64,000 bases of DNA from Podarcis tiliguerta. Lineage: Eukaryota. The notes under the pieces are model-generated. The model was not told the DNA's origin, made no database searches, and was given only the letters and a program-made list of their open reading frames with translations. The stretch is taken from the NCBI GenBank assembly GCA_965153285.1, contig OZ229116.1. One strand, 5' to 3'. The position numbers and the translations under genes were made by a program. Positions 63,614-64,000 of the stretch are shown piece after piece (position 1 is the first letter of the stretch; every line of letters starts with the position of its first letter).

Positions 63614-64000
63614 CTGGAGGATATGTTGACTTTCACCTGCATGACTGGGGACTCCCTCAGAATCATTGGAACTCCTTGGATTCACCTGAGTGTTAGGAGG
63701 CTCCACAGAGAAAACAGGAAACAGGGGCCTGAGAAACCGGAACTCGCTGTTCAGAGACCCACCAGCTAAGCACACCTCATAGTTGTAAGCCTGGGATAGA
63801 GATCCAGCACCAGAATCCGCAGAGTTCTCCTGGGAATCAGGTCCCACCGGGAAATTGGCTGCAGAGTTGTAGGTTCCTGTGAACTTTTCACGTTTCTGCA
63901 ACTTGATTACAACAAAGGCCACTACAGAAATGAGAAAGATGCTTGAGATGGCAGCCAAGCAGATGATCAGATACATCGTCAGGCTGGGGTCTTCCTCCTC
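63614..64000 (-). CDS. PCDHB: Protocadherin beta-like variable exon, subtype A, 3' part only (truncated by the window edge)
   Basis: TM and cytoplasmic tail nearly identical to those of the 43.2 kb and 54.3 kb exons. Phase-0 donor CAG|GTGAGA at 63614/63613; read-through stop at 63542. Confidence 0.9.

Overview
Vertebrate genomic DNA, very probably a squamate reptile (lizard), inferred from Sauria-type and Squam3-type SINEs, BovB, CR1 and L2 LINE fragments and Tc1/hAT MITEs. The window covers the beta/gamma boundary of the clustered protocadherin locus, all on the minus strand. In transcription order there are five Pcdh-beta-like variable exons (one cut by the window edge; two subtypes alternating A-B-A-B-A), a ~10 kb spacer, and five Pcdh-gamma-A-like variable exons. 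The nine complete exons each have a CSE/CTCF-type promoter element 180-270 bp upstream, and all ten end in a phase-0 splice donor. The gamma constant exons are outside the window. Main finding: in the spacer, just downstream of the last beta exon, a strong splice acceptor opens a 39-codon phase-0 frame with a stop (40733-40614). It aligns without gaps to the start of EC6 of the beta proteins, so it is a candidate shared beta 'constant exon' exapted from a decayed variable exon; beta genes are classically single-exon with no constant region. Second finding: a ~93-bp palindromic repeat is inserted in frame in EC5 of the first gamma exon. All splicing claims are sequence-based predictions and need transcript evidence.
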